A stretch of DNA of 63,856 bases, filler included, from Aduncisulcus paluster (Eukaryota): the NCBI GenBank assembly GCA_024181965.1. It is 27 parts of 27 records of this genome, joined end to end, with 100 filler letters (N's around TTAATTAATTAA, not from the genome) between each part and the next. Parts side by side here need not be neighbours in the genome. Positions count along the whole stretch, not along the records: positions 46,509 to 50,189 come from BQXS01000223.1; positions 50,290 to 51,425 come from BQXS01000224.1; positions 51,526 to 53,281 come from BQXS01000225.1; positions 53,382 to 54,942 come from BQXS01000226.1; positions 55,043 to 56,376 come from BQXS01000227.1; positions 56,477 to 57,641 come from BQXS01000228.1; positions 57,742 to 58,983 come from BQXS01000229.1; 20 more parts are not named here. One strand, 5' to 3'. Below the pieces are notes generated by a model. The model was not told the origin of the DNA and ran no database searches. It saw only the letters and a list, made by a program, of their open reading frames with translations. Positions 46,509-59,083 of the stretch are shown piece after piece (position 1 is the stretch's first letter; each line of letters begins with the position of its first letter). A program made the position numbers and the translations under genes.

Positions 46509-48318
46509 CTACAACATGGTTGCCAGGATGCCCGAGTATCAGCCATCAGAGTCCTCTGAGTCGGTTGATCTGTCCAAGATGTATGTTGTTGTCACGGAGA
46601 ACCTTCTGAAGGTCATTCGAAAGATTGAGAGCACAATCAGTCACTCCTTTTCACTGCACACCTTTGACACTATTGCAGGCTGTGTGCGGAGGATGCATGG
46701 GTCACACATCGAGATGATAAACAAAACAATCCTTGATTTCTCGCAACATTGTCTCTCAAAGAATCTTGAAGATTTCACTCCATTCGTCATCCAGATCATG
46801 GGTGTGCTTGTACGCGAGCAATTGAAACGAGAGACCCAAAGAATAGCCTCCTCGGGCGGTGGATCTGTGGTCATTCCAAAGAGTTTTGACATGTTCTTTG
46901 GCAACATAATGAACAAATCCCTGTGGAAGGGACCAATGATTCCTGCACTGACGACTGTGGTGGAATCGTTCATTTCAAGTGCCCCTGCATATATTCTGAC
47001 TCACTCGTCATCCGATACCCCGACTATCTTGCGTCTGTGTAAACTTGCTGCCAATTTGGCTCGTATTCCGATGAGAGAAGGGGAAGGGTTCTCCATCTTG
47101 ACCCACATATGCTTGTATATCCTCTTCCCTAATCCCAATTCGACCCTCAGCCGGGTTCACTCTATCTCTTGCTCAAGCTCTTCCCTCTCTTCTCTCCCCG
47201 ATTCCCTCCTCTCTTCCTCTGCTGGGCTTCCATCAGAGCGTCAAGAGATCATCCGGGAAGGTCTGTGCTCATTCATCACAACAGCCATCACGCGTCTCGT
47301 CAAAGAGCACAAAGAGGCTGAGGAAAAGGGGACAAACTCGCCAGCAGCAAGGAGACGACTCTCCTTGAGTACACATTTATGCATGTTCATCTGCATGCTC
47401 TTCGCTAGGGTCAAGAATGTTGCGTGGGTTATCCAATGGTGCGGTGGATTGGATCAGTTCGTGGACCTCATGTTCATTGTTCTGGCCAATGTTGTTGAGA
47501 AGGGAGTCGACATTGCTTCTCGAGCGACTGTGTTGGTTGGAGTGAGTCGTCTTTTGTGCCATCAACATGTACTCAAGGAGATTGGACACCATTCAAAGGG
47601 TGAGGCTGTTGTTCTGCTGTTTGCTTGTCTTCTCACATGTGGGTTTGAGGCTGGCGGCATTGTCCTCCCAGGTCGTCATCCAGGGGCCCAATCGAAGGGA
47701 AAGGGGGACAAAAAGGAGAAGGAGATTGAGGAGTTTCTCATGGAGTGCAGGAGCAAGGGACGTAAGTTGCAAGACCACGAGNNNNNNNNNNNNNNNNNNN
47801 NGTTGGTTGGAGTGAGTCGTCTTTTGTGCCATCAACATGTACTCAAGGAGATTGGACACCATTCAAAGGGTGAGGCTGTTGTTCTGCTGTTTGCTTGTCT
47901 TCTCACATGTGGGTTTGAGGCTGGCGGCATTGTCCTCCCAGGTCGTCATCCAGGGGCCCAATCGAAGGGAAAGGGGGACAAAAAGGAGAAGGAGATTGAG
48001 GAGTTTCTCATGGAGTGCAGGAGCAAGGGACGTAAGTTGCAAGACCACGAGGGAATGGGTTACAGAGCTTCATTCAGTATGCTCTCTGAGGTTAGCAAGG
48101 GAAGGATATCGGACACTGTTTTTGATGTCTTCAAACATTCATGCAAGGATGAAATGGGAGCAGACAAGGGTGGGTATGTAACTGCCGATCTCAAAACAAC
48201 TATTCTAAGATTACTCAAACCTCAAATGCAGTTTGTCCAAAGGTTGGCATCACATGGAGGGTTACCAGAGAAAGCCAAGGGATTCCTTGGACAGCTATGG
48301 AGGCTTTTGAATGATTAA
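46509..48318 (+). CDS. CSE1: Exportin-2 / CSE1-like C-terminal region (5' partial)
   Basis: DFTPFVIQIMG...LW..PMIPALTTVVESFI...EGFSIL...GYRASFSML resembles the CAS/CSE1 C-terminus. Confidence 0.6.
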
Positions 48319-48887
48319 TCCATAATTAGTTCACTAATAGGAGATTAGATGAGAGATAGATATATATGAAGATGGAATTCAAGGAAGATCTGTCAGCCTA
48401 TTCTTGAATTATTTTGCTTTTATTCATGTTTATAGATCTACTCTATGTCACATAGACTATGTGTAAGTATGTGGGAAAATCGAAAATAATCCATTTTTAT
48501 CTTTCTTGAACAATAGTTTTTGCCTCAGAAATGAGTTCTTATTCCGATGGAAAATTGATCAATTTGAACCAGGATACTGGGTCAACTCCGTCTCTGGAGA
48601 AAAATAAAGCTTCCATTAACGAATTTTTGCAAGGAAATCTAAAAATAGAATTTCTAAAAATAGATTGTTATCCAATGGGACTTTCGATTCATGAACACTC
48701 AAAATATCTATAGAATAAAATTGATCTTGGCCTCTGGCTCAAACAAACCAGGTTCTTGTTGTTGACCACCGAAAGATGATGACTAAAGAACATTGGTCAG
48801 TTTTGGTTTAATGGAAAGAATTTGAGAAAGAATTATAGTTATCCATTTCATAGAAATGAAATCAAATAACCTCACCCCACTCCTCTC

Positions 48888-50114
48888 TCATTTCCCACTG
48901 CTACTGCTACTGCTATGGATTGTCCCTGTACACCCATCATACTCTTCAAGCTGACGGGCAATGTACTCCTCGATGGATGGACATTCCCACCCTTCTCCAA
49001 GACGCGGCAGTAAATATTTGATATCATTCGTCAGAGATCGAGCTTGGTGGATCGTCATTCGTTTCAGACGGTCAGGGTTCAACAGACCATCGAACACGAC
49101 AAGAAACACTTGATACACAGCATTGTATTTCCCACCTTCAATCGTCTCAAGGGAACAGAAGATCTCACTGTCTGTCAACTGTGGGTGGCTGACTTTATCA
49201 TGGGTAAGCTCAAGCAAAACAGAACGAAGATGCTTGTTGTATTCTTTGGATGGGGGAATAGATTCAACATTAGGATGAGTCATGAAAGGTTGTTGCATTC
49301 TATTGAAGAGAGACCATATTGTCAGCACAACTCCCCATGCATCACTGCGTTGGTTGTGATAGCCATTCTTCAAACTCTCAGGAGCATTGTAACATAAGGT
49401 GCCTGCAATCGATGGTTTGTATGAAAAGGACTTAGGCTCAGACTCAGACCTTTCTGTGGGTAATCCTGAACCATAGAAGGAAGATTGGCGAGACATCGTA
49501 TCACGGATCTGGACAAGACCCAAATCTCCAAGAAGAACAGTGCACTTATCTTTCGCACAAGAAGCTGTGCCAGCAGTATCATCATACCGAACAAGGAAGT
49601 TATCGGGTTTAATGTCGCGATGAACAAGTTGTTTCTTCACAGAAAAGATATCAGAAACACACTCGATGATAGCCACACACAGAGCAGCGATCTTCACAGG
49701 ATCATACACAAGGTCCTCTTCATCATCTTCACAAGGATCACATTCGTCAAAATCAACAGCCCAGCTCTTGGCAAACTCAATCACATTCCCACCTTGACAG
49801 AACTCCATCATGATGCCTAATGTTCCCTTCAGATCACCATCGAGAAGATCAAGGATATGCAGAGGACGAGGGATACAGCTTTGTAATGATGATTTGAAAT
49901 ACAACCGATGCTGACGAGAGAATTCTTTCTTCATGTCTTTCACACATTTCTCATTGTCTTCACATGACTCTTTGTTCTTCATACACTTCAGAGCACACAA
50001 CACAGGAGGCGAGCAGTATGAAGCAGGGTATTCGACACGAGCAAGGATAACAACACCGAACCCACCTTTCCCAATGATACAAAGAGGAGTAATGGTACAG
50101 GAGGAAGTCAAGGT
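48888..50114 (-). CDS. Divergent Ser/Thr protein kinase (5' end unresolved, possibly an intron upstream)
   Basis: IGKGGFG, CALK, VHRDIKPDNFL, GDLG, GTLCYNAPE, SDAW. Confidence 0.9.
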   Translation of the reverse strand, partial: TLTSSCTITPLCIIGKGGFGVVILARVEYPASYCSPPVLCALKCMKNKESCEDNEKCVKDMKKEFSRQHRLYFKSSLQSCIPRPLHILDLLDGDLKGTLGIMMEFCQGGNVIEFAKSWAVDFDECDPCEDDEEDLVYDPVKIAALCVAIIECVSDIFSVKKQLVHRDIKPDNFLVRYDDTAGTASCAKDKCTVLLGDLGLVQIRDTMSRQSSFYGSGLPTERSESEPKSFSYKPSIAGTLCYNAPESLKNGYHNQRSDAWGVVLTIWSLFNRMQQPFMTHPNVESIPPSKEYNKHLRSVLLELTHDKVSHPQLTDSEIFCSLETIEGGKYNAVYQVFLVVFDGLLNPDRLKRMTIHQARSLTNDIKYLLPRLGEGWECPSIEEYIARQLEEYDGCTGTIHSSSSSSGK

Positions 50115-51525
50115 CTGAGGGAGTGGGACAGGAATGGGGTGTTGATATGGTAGAATGCGATAAAGCTTACGTACAATTTATTAATAAACNNNNNNNNNNN
50201 NNNNNNNNNNNNNNNNNNNNNNNNNNNNNNNNNTTAATTAATTAANNNNNNNNNNNNNNNNNNNNNNNNNNNNNNNNNNNNNNNNNNNNCATACATACAT
50301 AACATCACAATACTCTATGATACATTCTATACAATGAAGCACTAAACCAAACTAGCTCTCTCTTTCTATCTCAGATATCAGAAAAATATCAAAAGAAGGA
50401 TGAATACCAAGACAGACTCGAGAGAAAGTTTACTACTGGAAAAACATAACCCAAATTATCCAATCCAGATTAAACCGATCAATTGACCAACCGATGGAAA
50501 AGTTCTTTAGGTTCTTGAAGCAAGATGAGATTATATTTTGAAGTGTTGAAGTCAGCACAAACAGTAATATTCTAACTTGAAGAAAGATAACCGTGAACAA
50601 AAGAGTTCTAGATCATGAATTGATACAGTTGATCACAAACCATACCAGATCATGTTGAAATGACCTTCACAAACATACTTAATGAGAATGAAGAATAAGA
50701 TCAGAAGAAAGAAACACACATATGCAGAAGACACTTTTCTCAACCATGTCGGTGTCAAAACTATTCCAAGAACATCACGTATAGACAGATACTCAATCCA
50801 CATCCACTCACAAGATAAGGATATCACGGATGAGCTTCTATACTGACCGATCAGACAGTTGGAACACTCAAGACAGATGTATCCTTCTCTCAAGCGAGGA
50901 GAAGTATGGACATTGGGTGTGATGTCGGTCATGAGTATAGTACTACTGGAGTCACGGTTGGGAGAGGATGTGGTAGCAAGGCAGCCAGACAACTATAGGG
51001 TCCTGAAGAAGATATTCTATACCAGATCCATTGGTCAGAGAGTGGAACATCAAAGACCATTGCAATACTTTCCCCTGTGCCCATGCAGCAAGGAGAGCAC
51101 TGTCTGGCACTGATCAGGTTCTGGTGGAACTATTCTATTGTATTAGAAAAGACCATGAATATATTGCACATCACAGATCCACACACAGTTGATGAGTTTC
51201 CATCAATATAGTACTAAAATTAAACGAAATTTTTGGCCTTAAAATACTTTTTCTTGCACAACGACATCGGATCATTCAACGAAGACGACTGGAAGCAAGG
51301 TTCAATACCAGATCAATATAAAATACCATATCCGCTACAAATCAATAAAGAATGCAAATATCAAATATTTTTTCGATAGAGGTTCCCCCACTTTTCTCAG
51401 CCACCGCCGGTGGAAAGTTTGTGTANNNNNNNNNNNNNNNNNNNNNNNNNNNNNNNNNNNNNNNNNNNNTTAATTAATTAANNNNNNNNNNNNNNNNNNN
51501 NNNNNNNNNNNNNNNNNNNNNNNNN

Positions 51526-51962
51526 CCTGCTAATTCTTCACTCAGGGGAGGAGTATCGCCATTTCTGCCGTGGGAGTATACATCGACGCGTAACGGCTGG
51601 GTTGGAATTGTGCATCTTCTAACTATGTATCGAAAAGCAGCATTAGGTAGGGTTGTAGTGTGGAGAGGGAATTGGTGATTTACAGTTCGCAACACATAGC
51701 ATGCTCCTGGTTTGATATTTGTTATTCTCATCGTCATAATTCTTTCTCTCTTTTGTTGATTTGTCAATGATCTCCAATCAGCTGGTAATTCTGAGACATG
51801 TCCTCCATGTAGGAATGGCCGGATCTTTTCAAAGATTTTCTCCTTTAACATCCCCCAAGAATCTATTCCTTCAACAAAATAATCTCCGAGTCTAGTAGAG
51901 GACCTACTGGCACTTTTTTCCTTTGAACTTATAACAAAATGAATGGTTACTGACTCTTCCAT
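51526..51962 (-). CDS. Hypothetical protein (3' partial)
   Basis: ATG after AT-rich DNA; open to the contig edge. Confidence 0.55.
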
Positions 51963-52544
51963 GATCGTTGATGAGAATATGGTTATCCAAAATAAACTAA
52001 AAGTATCACTGATAGTATCATGGAAAGAAAGACAATAAATAATTTGTTTGATTTTTTAAAATACAAAGATTGCATAATATAATATTTTTTTTTCTATTAA
52101 AGCATTGTTTTATATAATATATAAGCATTTATGATAAGATTAATATTTCCAATGAAATAAGATGAAAAAATTACATACGAATAATAAGATTAGAATTTTG
52201 ACAAAGGGTATTGAAAAATGAAAATTTATTTAAAATTAAAAAATTTATTTTTGAAAATAGAAATTTTCGATGAAAACTGCTCTATTGTTAATTTAAAATA
52301 AAATTCTTTAGGGCTAGCAAGTTTATTAAATAATTGATTCGAGATCAATCCTATCAATACTACAAGTATATATAATAATATTGTTAATGTTTTGGATTAT
52401 AAGGGATTTAACTTATTTGATTGAAAGAACTAAAAATAATTAATAACGTTAGGCAAAAACAAACTTTTTTGAAAATCTTGCGGGGGAGTGAAACCCTAAT
52501 TAACTAAAATTCGCGGTGAATTCAAATTAACCTATGGTTAATTC

Positions 52545-52576
52545 GGTATAAACTCTAAAAACACTTCCGTCCCTCC
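52545..52576 (-). mobile_element. PPT / LTR junction
   Basis: Minus strand GGAGGGACGGAAG followed by TGTTTTTAGAG (LTR start at 52563), downstream of the chromodomain ORF. Confidence 0.6.
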
Positions 52577-52928
52577 AACGAATGTTTCTTTACCAATCAG
52601 TGGTTAAAACGTTGAAATGTGATTTATATTCGTCAATATACCTAATAAAAACAATATATTCTTCTTAATTAGAGATGAAATTCTTGGTATTTTCGCTAAT
52701 TTTCAAGGAAAAAATGAATATTCCTAAAAAGCTGTAAAAGCTTTTCTACACACCGTAAAACGCTGGTTGTGGCATTTAAATTATATTTTAACTATTTTTC
52801 CATAATTTTTTCACATTTCTTTCTTAATTTTCAAGCAAAAACAGGAATTTGATATATATCTAATTTTACTATCCTAAACCGTGGACAGCGTATGATGAAT
52901 GTTTGTTTAAACTTTAATGCAACATCTC

Positions 52929-53279
52929 TTATTCAAAATTGACCTCTTTGTCCAGGAACTTCTTTCTTAGTTTCGGGTGTTCCGACAAATATTTCTCGAA
53001 CGCCTCTAATTCTTTTATCTCCGAGTAATCTTGCCATGAATCATCTTCCTTTCCAAAATTCTTCCATCTTATCCTGAACTTGATGGGTTTTTTGTTGCCA
53101 AATTTGTGTCGGATGATTTCGTCAACTAAAAATTCTTCCTCATCCTTTCCTGCGGCTTTTATGAGGTCTTCTTCTGAAGCACTTCCTTTGATAAACTTTT
53201 TTAACCTTTTGAATGGGCATAAAAACTCTTCTTCTGAATCCAGAGGTGATAATAAATATCTGAAACTATTAACTCTATC
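52929..53279 (-). mobile_element. Ty3/Gypsy integrase chromodomain (partial; missing from the ORF track)
   Basis: Manual translation: ...DEEEFLVDEIIRHKFGNKKPIKFRIRWKNFGKEDDSWQDYSEIKELEAFEKYLSEHPKLRKK...FE*. Confidence 0.88.
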
Positions 53280-53381
53280 TANNNNNNNNNNNNNNNNNNN
53301 NNNNNNNNNNNNNNNNNNNNNNNNNTTAATTAATTAANNNNNNNNNNNNNNNNNNNNNNNNNNNNNNNNNNNNNNNNNNNN

Positions 53382-54942
53382 GTCCTTGTTGATGGTGAAG
53401 TGATGTGCTATTCCAACGCACGTCTTATTGGAGATGTTGTTGTCAACACAAGTGCTAATGTCTCAAGTACTGATGCCTCCTCTTTGCGTTCATTCGTCAA
53501 AATGATGAGTGGAGAGACTCTTGATACTGTTGTCACCATCCAATTTGCTGTGACGCCCATGTTCGAGCAGGCACTTGACCTAATCTTCACATGTGACAAT
53601 TACCTTGGGTCTCAGTATTCTGTGACTGAGAGTATCAACTCTGTCGATGCAGATAACTCAGCTACCATCACTTTTTCGCTTGCAGCCGATAGTACCGTGT
53701 CTGGATCTGCGCTTCCATATCTGTATTATTGTGATATCAGTGTGGGAACAAGGAACAACAAATTATACGACTCGGAGACTGGAGAGGTCTTCTCGACTTC
53801 ATTCACTCCGGACCAATTTGTGTGTGCTGATCAGATGATCCGAATGGATATCAATAGCATTGAGTATTGTTATGATATGACAGATTTTGGGAACCTTGTG
53901 ACTTTGAACGGTCTTCCACTTGTTGTCGATGACTGTGGTGCTTCTACCCTTGTTGTTGGCGATTCTCCTTATGAGGTAACATTTGCCATGTCTGGTGAAT
54001 TTGTGAACAGCGAGAATGTGAATGTTTACGTTGAGTGTGGTGGAACAACGTGCGGTGAGTCTTCAATCGATTTTAGCTGTGATGTTCTTGATTCTACGGA
54101 AATCCTCGATGGTACTAAGGTTGGGACATTCAATTCCAGTACAAGTGAATTCATATATGCATTTCCTCCAAGCTCCAACGATGTGAACATCTCTCTTGTT
54201 GGATTCTCCTTTAAGTTTGATGTATACAGCGGTGTGAGTGGCAGTGGAATTTCCATGGTTCATTCCAAGTCTTTGACGATTGGTCTTGGACAATCCTCAT
54301 ATCTTGTTGATTCGTCCAGTATTGGTTCCTCGTTCAGTGTTGATATTGTGTCCGCGCCTGTCCCCGTGAGTGATGTTGTTCTCATGTATGAGTGTGATCT
54401 GACCGACTTTGTGATCTCTACGTTTGTCTTGACCAGCTCAAGTCAGGTCACAACGATGGATGTCACGTTGACCAATAATCTCTCCGATGGAACCTGTGGG
54501 ACTGTGACGGCCTACTGTATCCCCACTGTGTCGTATGGAGATGGTGTTGTCTACACGAGCAGCACTCAATTCGAAGATGAGAGTGCACTAACTGTGCAAC
54601 TCCAATACACCTCTGGTGATTGTGCCACAAAGACACTTGCGTTTGCTCCAAGAGATACGAGTGTGTACAAAGAATGCACTCTGACCAGTGGTCTGAACTA
54701 TTGTAATCCTAACACCATGCCCATCAAGATTATTCCTCTGGATGGATCTGATACCTCTCAACATTTCGATGGGATAAGCAGTTTCTTGATCAAGAATGCC
54801 AACTCACAGAGCATCGAACTCAACCAGAGTATCATCAATTCTAACAATGCCGATTCCTTGTATTTGCAGTTTATTGGTGATGTTGAGACAAACCGTGGTG
54901 CAGCCTTCGATTACACGAGTGGTCTCACCATTTCTGTCAGCG
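53382..54942 (+). CDS. Ser/Thr-rich beta-structured extracellular protein fragment
   Basis: Whole contig is open in one frame. Confidence 0.7.
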
Positions 54943-55327
54943 NNNNNNNNNNNNNNNNNNNNNNNNNNNNNNNNNNNNNNNNNNNNTTAATTAATTAANN
55001 NNNNNNNNNNNNNNNNNNNNNNNNNNNNNNNNNNNNNNNNNNCTATCACTCCCAGACAACCCTTCTTGTCATGAACAGCCGACCTGAGATTGAATCGCTG
55101 ATATCGGTGATAAATTATCAGTGATAATCGAACACAAATGGTGCCCATTGAATCACCCTTGGATCACCCAGAGACGGGAGCATACAGTGTGAGCCTCTGA
55201 CAATATGGCACAGGTAGACACGAGAACAATCAATAAAATATATATTATATTCAATATATATATAAAACATGACCAAGACACATGCAATTCAATTGCATGA
55301 ACCATTGAGCATGGAGCAACACATCAT

Positions 55328-56376
55328 TCACTCCTCATCAGCAGGATCCCTCTTTTCAGTCAGACAGGCGGCACGTTTCTTTTCGGCCCAGAAACGACGA
55401 GCAAATGTCATCCCAACCAGGATCGGGAATACCAAGGTTGCCTCCGCATATATCTTCACAGGGTGAGCAGTGCTCTTGATTTTACCCCAGCTCACAGCTT
55501 CATCGGGACGAGCTCCAGCATCACTGCCGTCAAACTCTTGGGCTGTGGAGATGATGACGGTGTAATCGGCACCCTCACGCATGAGGTTCGCATTCATGAT
55601 GTGATGTTTAGGAATCCCTCCACCAAGGATGATGCATCCACTCTGGCGAGCATTCAGAGCCAGATCATTGATGCGACGAATGTCTCCAACAATGTCCACC
55701 ACGAGACCAGGGTTCTTGTAGGTGTGGAAGAACAGCATGTCACCAATACTACCATCAGTGAGACCAGGACAGAACACGGGGATATCGTTTTTGTATGCCC
55801 AATAATACACACTCTCCTCGTTGTCGATCTCACGACCAAGTCTGTGGATGAACTTCGAAGGTGTCCAACGCACACCTTCCTCATCCTGCTCTTTCTTCAT
55901 CTGGTCAAGGATACCTCCACCAACCAACCAGTCATCGAACAGACAGTAGTTGCTGTTAGGCACAAGCATGTTCCCAATACGATTCAGACCACGACTACGA
56001 AGGTCTGCTCCAGGAAGCTTGAAGTCTCCAAGGTATGTGGGTGCAAGACACTTGATGAAATCCTCCTCAACACCACCAGCTGTCGTGACAATGCAATCAA
56101 CCATCTTGTTCTTCACGAGGAAACGAAAGATCTCACGCATACCACATGAGATCAGGTTTGACGTGTACCCAAGGAAGATTGTGCACTTCACTTGCTTGCG
56201 CTTCTCGGGGTCTTTCATATCCTCATCCTCATCATCAGCGATGGGTTCATCAGACAAACGCCAGTCAAGCATACGGTTCACTTCCTCGATGGCATGGCCA
56301 AGATTGGTTGCCTGGAACCCGAAATGCTTCAAACCATCAAAGAAGTCATCCCAGTTCCGACCTTTGTCAAAGTCAT
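55328..56376 (-). CDS. DHPS: Deoxyhypusine synthase (5' partial)
   Basis: [60 protein letters not shown]. Confidence 0.97.
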
Positions 56377-56589
56377 NNNNNNNNNNNNNNNNNNNNNNNN
56401 NNNNNNNNNNNNNNNNNNNNTTAATTAATTAANNNNNNNNNNNNNNNNNNNNNNNNNNNNNNNNNNNNNNNNNNNNCAACTATATTCATTCATTTATTTT
56501 TTTATATTTATCAGAAGATCGAAGATGTCATTTTTTGGTGGGACACTCTGATTTTTAATAAATTGTAACGAGTTCAAAACACTCTTTCA

Positions 56590-57111
56590 ATGAAATCAAT
56601 TAGAGTGAGCCAACATGAAACGCCAACTTATGAAGCATTTGTCACGATCAGGTCCTTCCGAGATCACATGCTTTCAGATTGGCGAGCGGGAGAAATTCGT
56701 AGTCGGGCATTCATTACAGCCTTCACATGGCTAAATAATTGTTTAAAGATTTATTATGCGATAATAGCTTTTCAGCCAAGTATTTGGGATCAGCCACTTG
56801 AGTTGAATCCGGAAATACTGATAGAGGGAATATATCAGGCAGGATTGTCAATAACCCAAATTGAAAGAAATGAATTGAGGAGATATTGTACAAATATCTC
56901 AGAATCTTGCACGATAAGAATGGAAATTGACTATCCTCATCTGAATTCAATAACAAACAAAATTATATTCTTACCAATATCGGGAGCTGCTGTCGAGAGG
57001 TTTTTCAGTGTTGTAAAACACTTTAATCAACCTCTTCGTGCATCCCAGACAACAGAAACACTGATGCAAAACTCGATGATGAAATACAATACGCGGATTG
57101 TGCAACTATAA
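56590..57111 (+). mobile_element. hAT transposase C-terminal dimerisation-domain protein
   Basis: YPHL....KIIFLPISGAAVERFFS......PLR......TL. Confidence 0.75.
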
Positions 57112-57305
57112 GGTAATAAACAGACTTTCTTTATTTTCTAGCAACAATAGTATTGTTGCAAATAAATAGGGGTTGTTGCGAAACAACTTTATTGTTTTGA
57201 AACAATCGGCTTGTTGTGCAACAACTCGGTTGTTGTGCAACAGGTCCTGTTTTTGTGGAACAAGTCTGTCTTTTTTGCAACAGCTCTAATATTTTAAAAA
57301 AATAT

Positions 57306-57641
57306 ATGGCCAGAAGATTTATAACAGAATTGTCGCAGGAAATTCATGATGTGTCTGGAGACATATCTGGATTAAGTGAAGAATCAGGATTTGAAGAAGA
57401 AACTGGAGATGATCAATTTGGGGAAAGAACTGTTAGTAATAGATTTTTACTGGAATTAATAGAATTAGATAGTACATTTAGAGAATTCTTTGGCATCCCA
57501 AAGGCACTTTTCGAAAACGTTGTTGCTATTTGTTGTCCTATAGTCACTGGGCCTCGTTGTGGTCGCAGAGATCGATTGTCCGACAGAGAAAAATTATTGG
57601 CAACTTTATTAAAGTTGAGAACTGGATGGAAAGGTACACGA
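57306..57641 (+). mobile_element. PIF/Harbinger/ISL2EU-type (DDE_Tnp_4) transposase N-terminal HTH (3' partial)
   Basis: FREFFGIPKALFE.VV...LSDREKLLATLLKLRTG. Confidence 0.75.
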
Positions 57642-57741
57642 NNNNNNNNNNNNNNNNNNNNNNNNNNNNNNNNNNNNNNNNNNNNTTAATTAATTAANNN
57701 NNNNNNNNNNNNNNNNNNNNNNNNNNNNNNNNNNNNNNNNN

Positions 57742-58299
57742 GCTCGATCTTGGCAACGAAATTATCTAACAAGCCAAGACAGGAAACTCCTATGCTCATG
57801 GAGCTCGCCGATGGCCGAAACATCACTGCTAAAGAAAGTGTCCAGCTCACGGTCAGAGTCCGTGGTGCTCTTGGTAAACCGTTGCTGTATACAGGTTGGT
57901 TCGTTATTATTCCCATGATGAGTTCCTCTCAGTTCCCTATACTCTTGGGAAAACCCTTTATTAATGAAACCGGCTGGTTCTCTGATGGCCTCAAGGGTTT
58001 GCCTGAAGTCATCCTGGATGTAGAAGAAGAAGAGCTTGATGTCGCCCAGGGTGGTGAACAGACAGGAGAATTCGATCTCACAAGTACTGCTCCTGAGTTA
58101 AAACTGGAAATTGAGCGGTTGATTCGGATGTACGACTCTGGAGAGTCACCACGAGGGATCTGTCAGGCTGAACCCTTCCGAATAGAACTCACCAATACAA
58201 CTCCTGTTCATACAGCTCCTCGCCATCTGTCTGCAACTCGAAGGAAAGCGCTCGAACCATTGATTGATGACTTATTGGATCGTGGTGCTATTGTACCAT
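57742..58299 (+). mobile_element. Ty3/Gypsy pol fragment (protease end to RT start), interrupted
   Basis: ELADG, ILLGKPF, FRIEL...PV...PR.LS...L...IDDLLDRGAIVP; homology then stops abruptly. Confidence 0.85.
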
Positions 58300-58551
58300 T
58301 GTCATGGGTCCATGGATGACAGAATATAAATCTTTATTATTTATTTTATTTTATAATTATAATCTGATATTATAATTAACATTTATACTTCGTTATAACG
58401 TCTTAACTCGATGTTCGGAAGGTCAAGCTTTTTGTGTTTTGAAAACTAGAGTTTTTGTATCTCTATTTGGCGCGAACATGGAACAAGGAATAAATTTGCT
58501 TACAGCCATATTATAAATTTACTTCGGATCAACAATAATATTATTGCTAAG
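58300..58551 (+). mobile_element. 5' LTR and leader of a nested retrotransposon
   Basis: TGTCAT starts exactly at the pol break. AT-rich body ending near CGTTATAAC (~58400), a hairpin at 58447-58465, then TGG...TAAATTTG. Confidence 0.7.
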
Positions 58552-58983
58552 ATGCCAACAGTAGATTCTAGTACGAATTCAAGTACTCCCGCCGCTGAAG
58601 GTGGAAGTGAAACAAAAGTTGTTGCTCCTACTCTTAAGGAGTATTCTTTGGAAAATTTAAATGATTTTTTCCTAAGATATGAAGCGTACGCCGCGGATAA
58701 GACCGTGAAGAAACCAGCGCATTGGTTTAAGTTGATTGACGCTCCTTTACGTGCTGCTTTGTTGGATGTGACCGGAACGAAGAAAGTTTCGACGGATGAG
58801 GAAGCTAAGAAGTTTAAGAAAGATCTTTTCTCGCTGGATGCTCCTGCTACGTCCTATGATTTGCACACCGAACTTTTTACAGTGGTGATGGAGAAATCTT
58901 TGTCAGTGACAGCATTTATTAAATATGTCACAAATTTTAAAAGAATTGTAAGTCAGGCTCCTGACCTAGGAGTGGATTCCACT
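58552..58983 (+). mobile_element. gag-like ORF (3' partial)
   Basis: Follows the LTR and leader; similar to the ORF at 23248-23764. Confidence 0.7.
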
Positions 58984-59083
58984 NNNNNNNNNNNNNNNNN
59001 NNNNNNNNNNNNNNNNNNNNNNNNNNNTTAATTAATTAANNNNNNNNNNNNNNNNNNNNNNNNNNNNNNNNNNNNNNNNNNNN

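Noticed and set aside
55463-56149. Long antisense ORFs (also 15936, 59127, 63388)
   Set aside because: They are shadows of real genes on the opposite strand.
57140-57285. CRISPR array
   Set aside because: Repeats are degenerate, spacers are under 10 nt, there are no cas genes and the context is eukaryotic.
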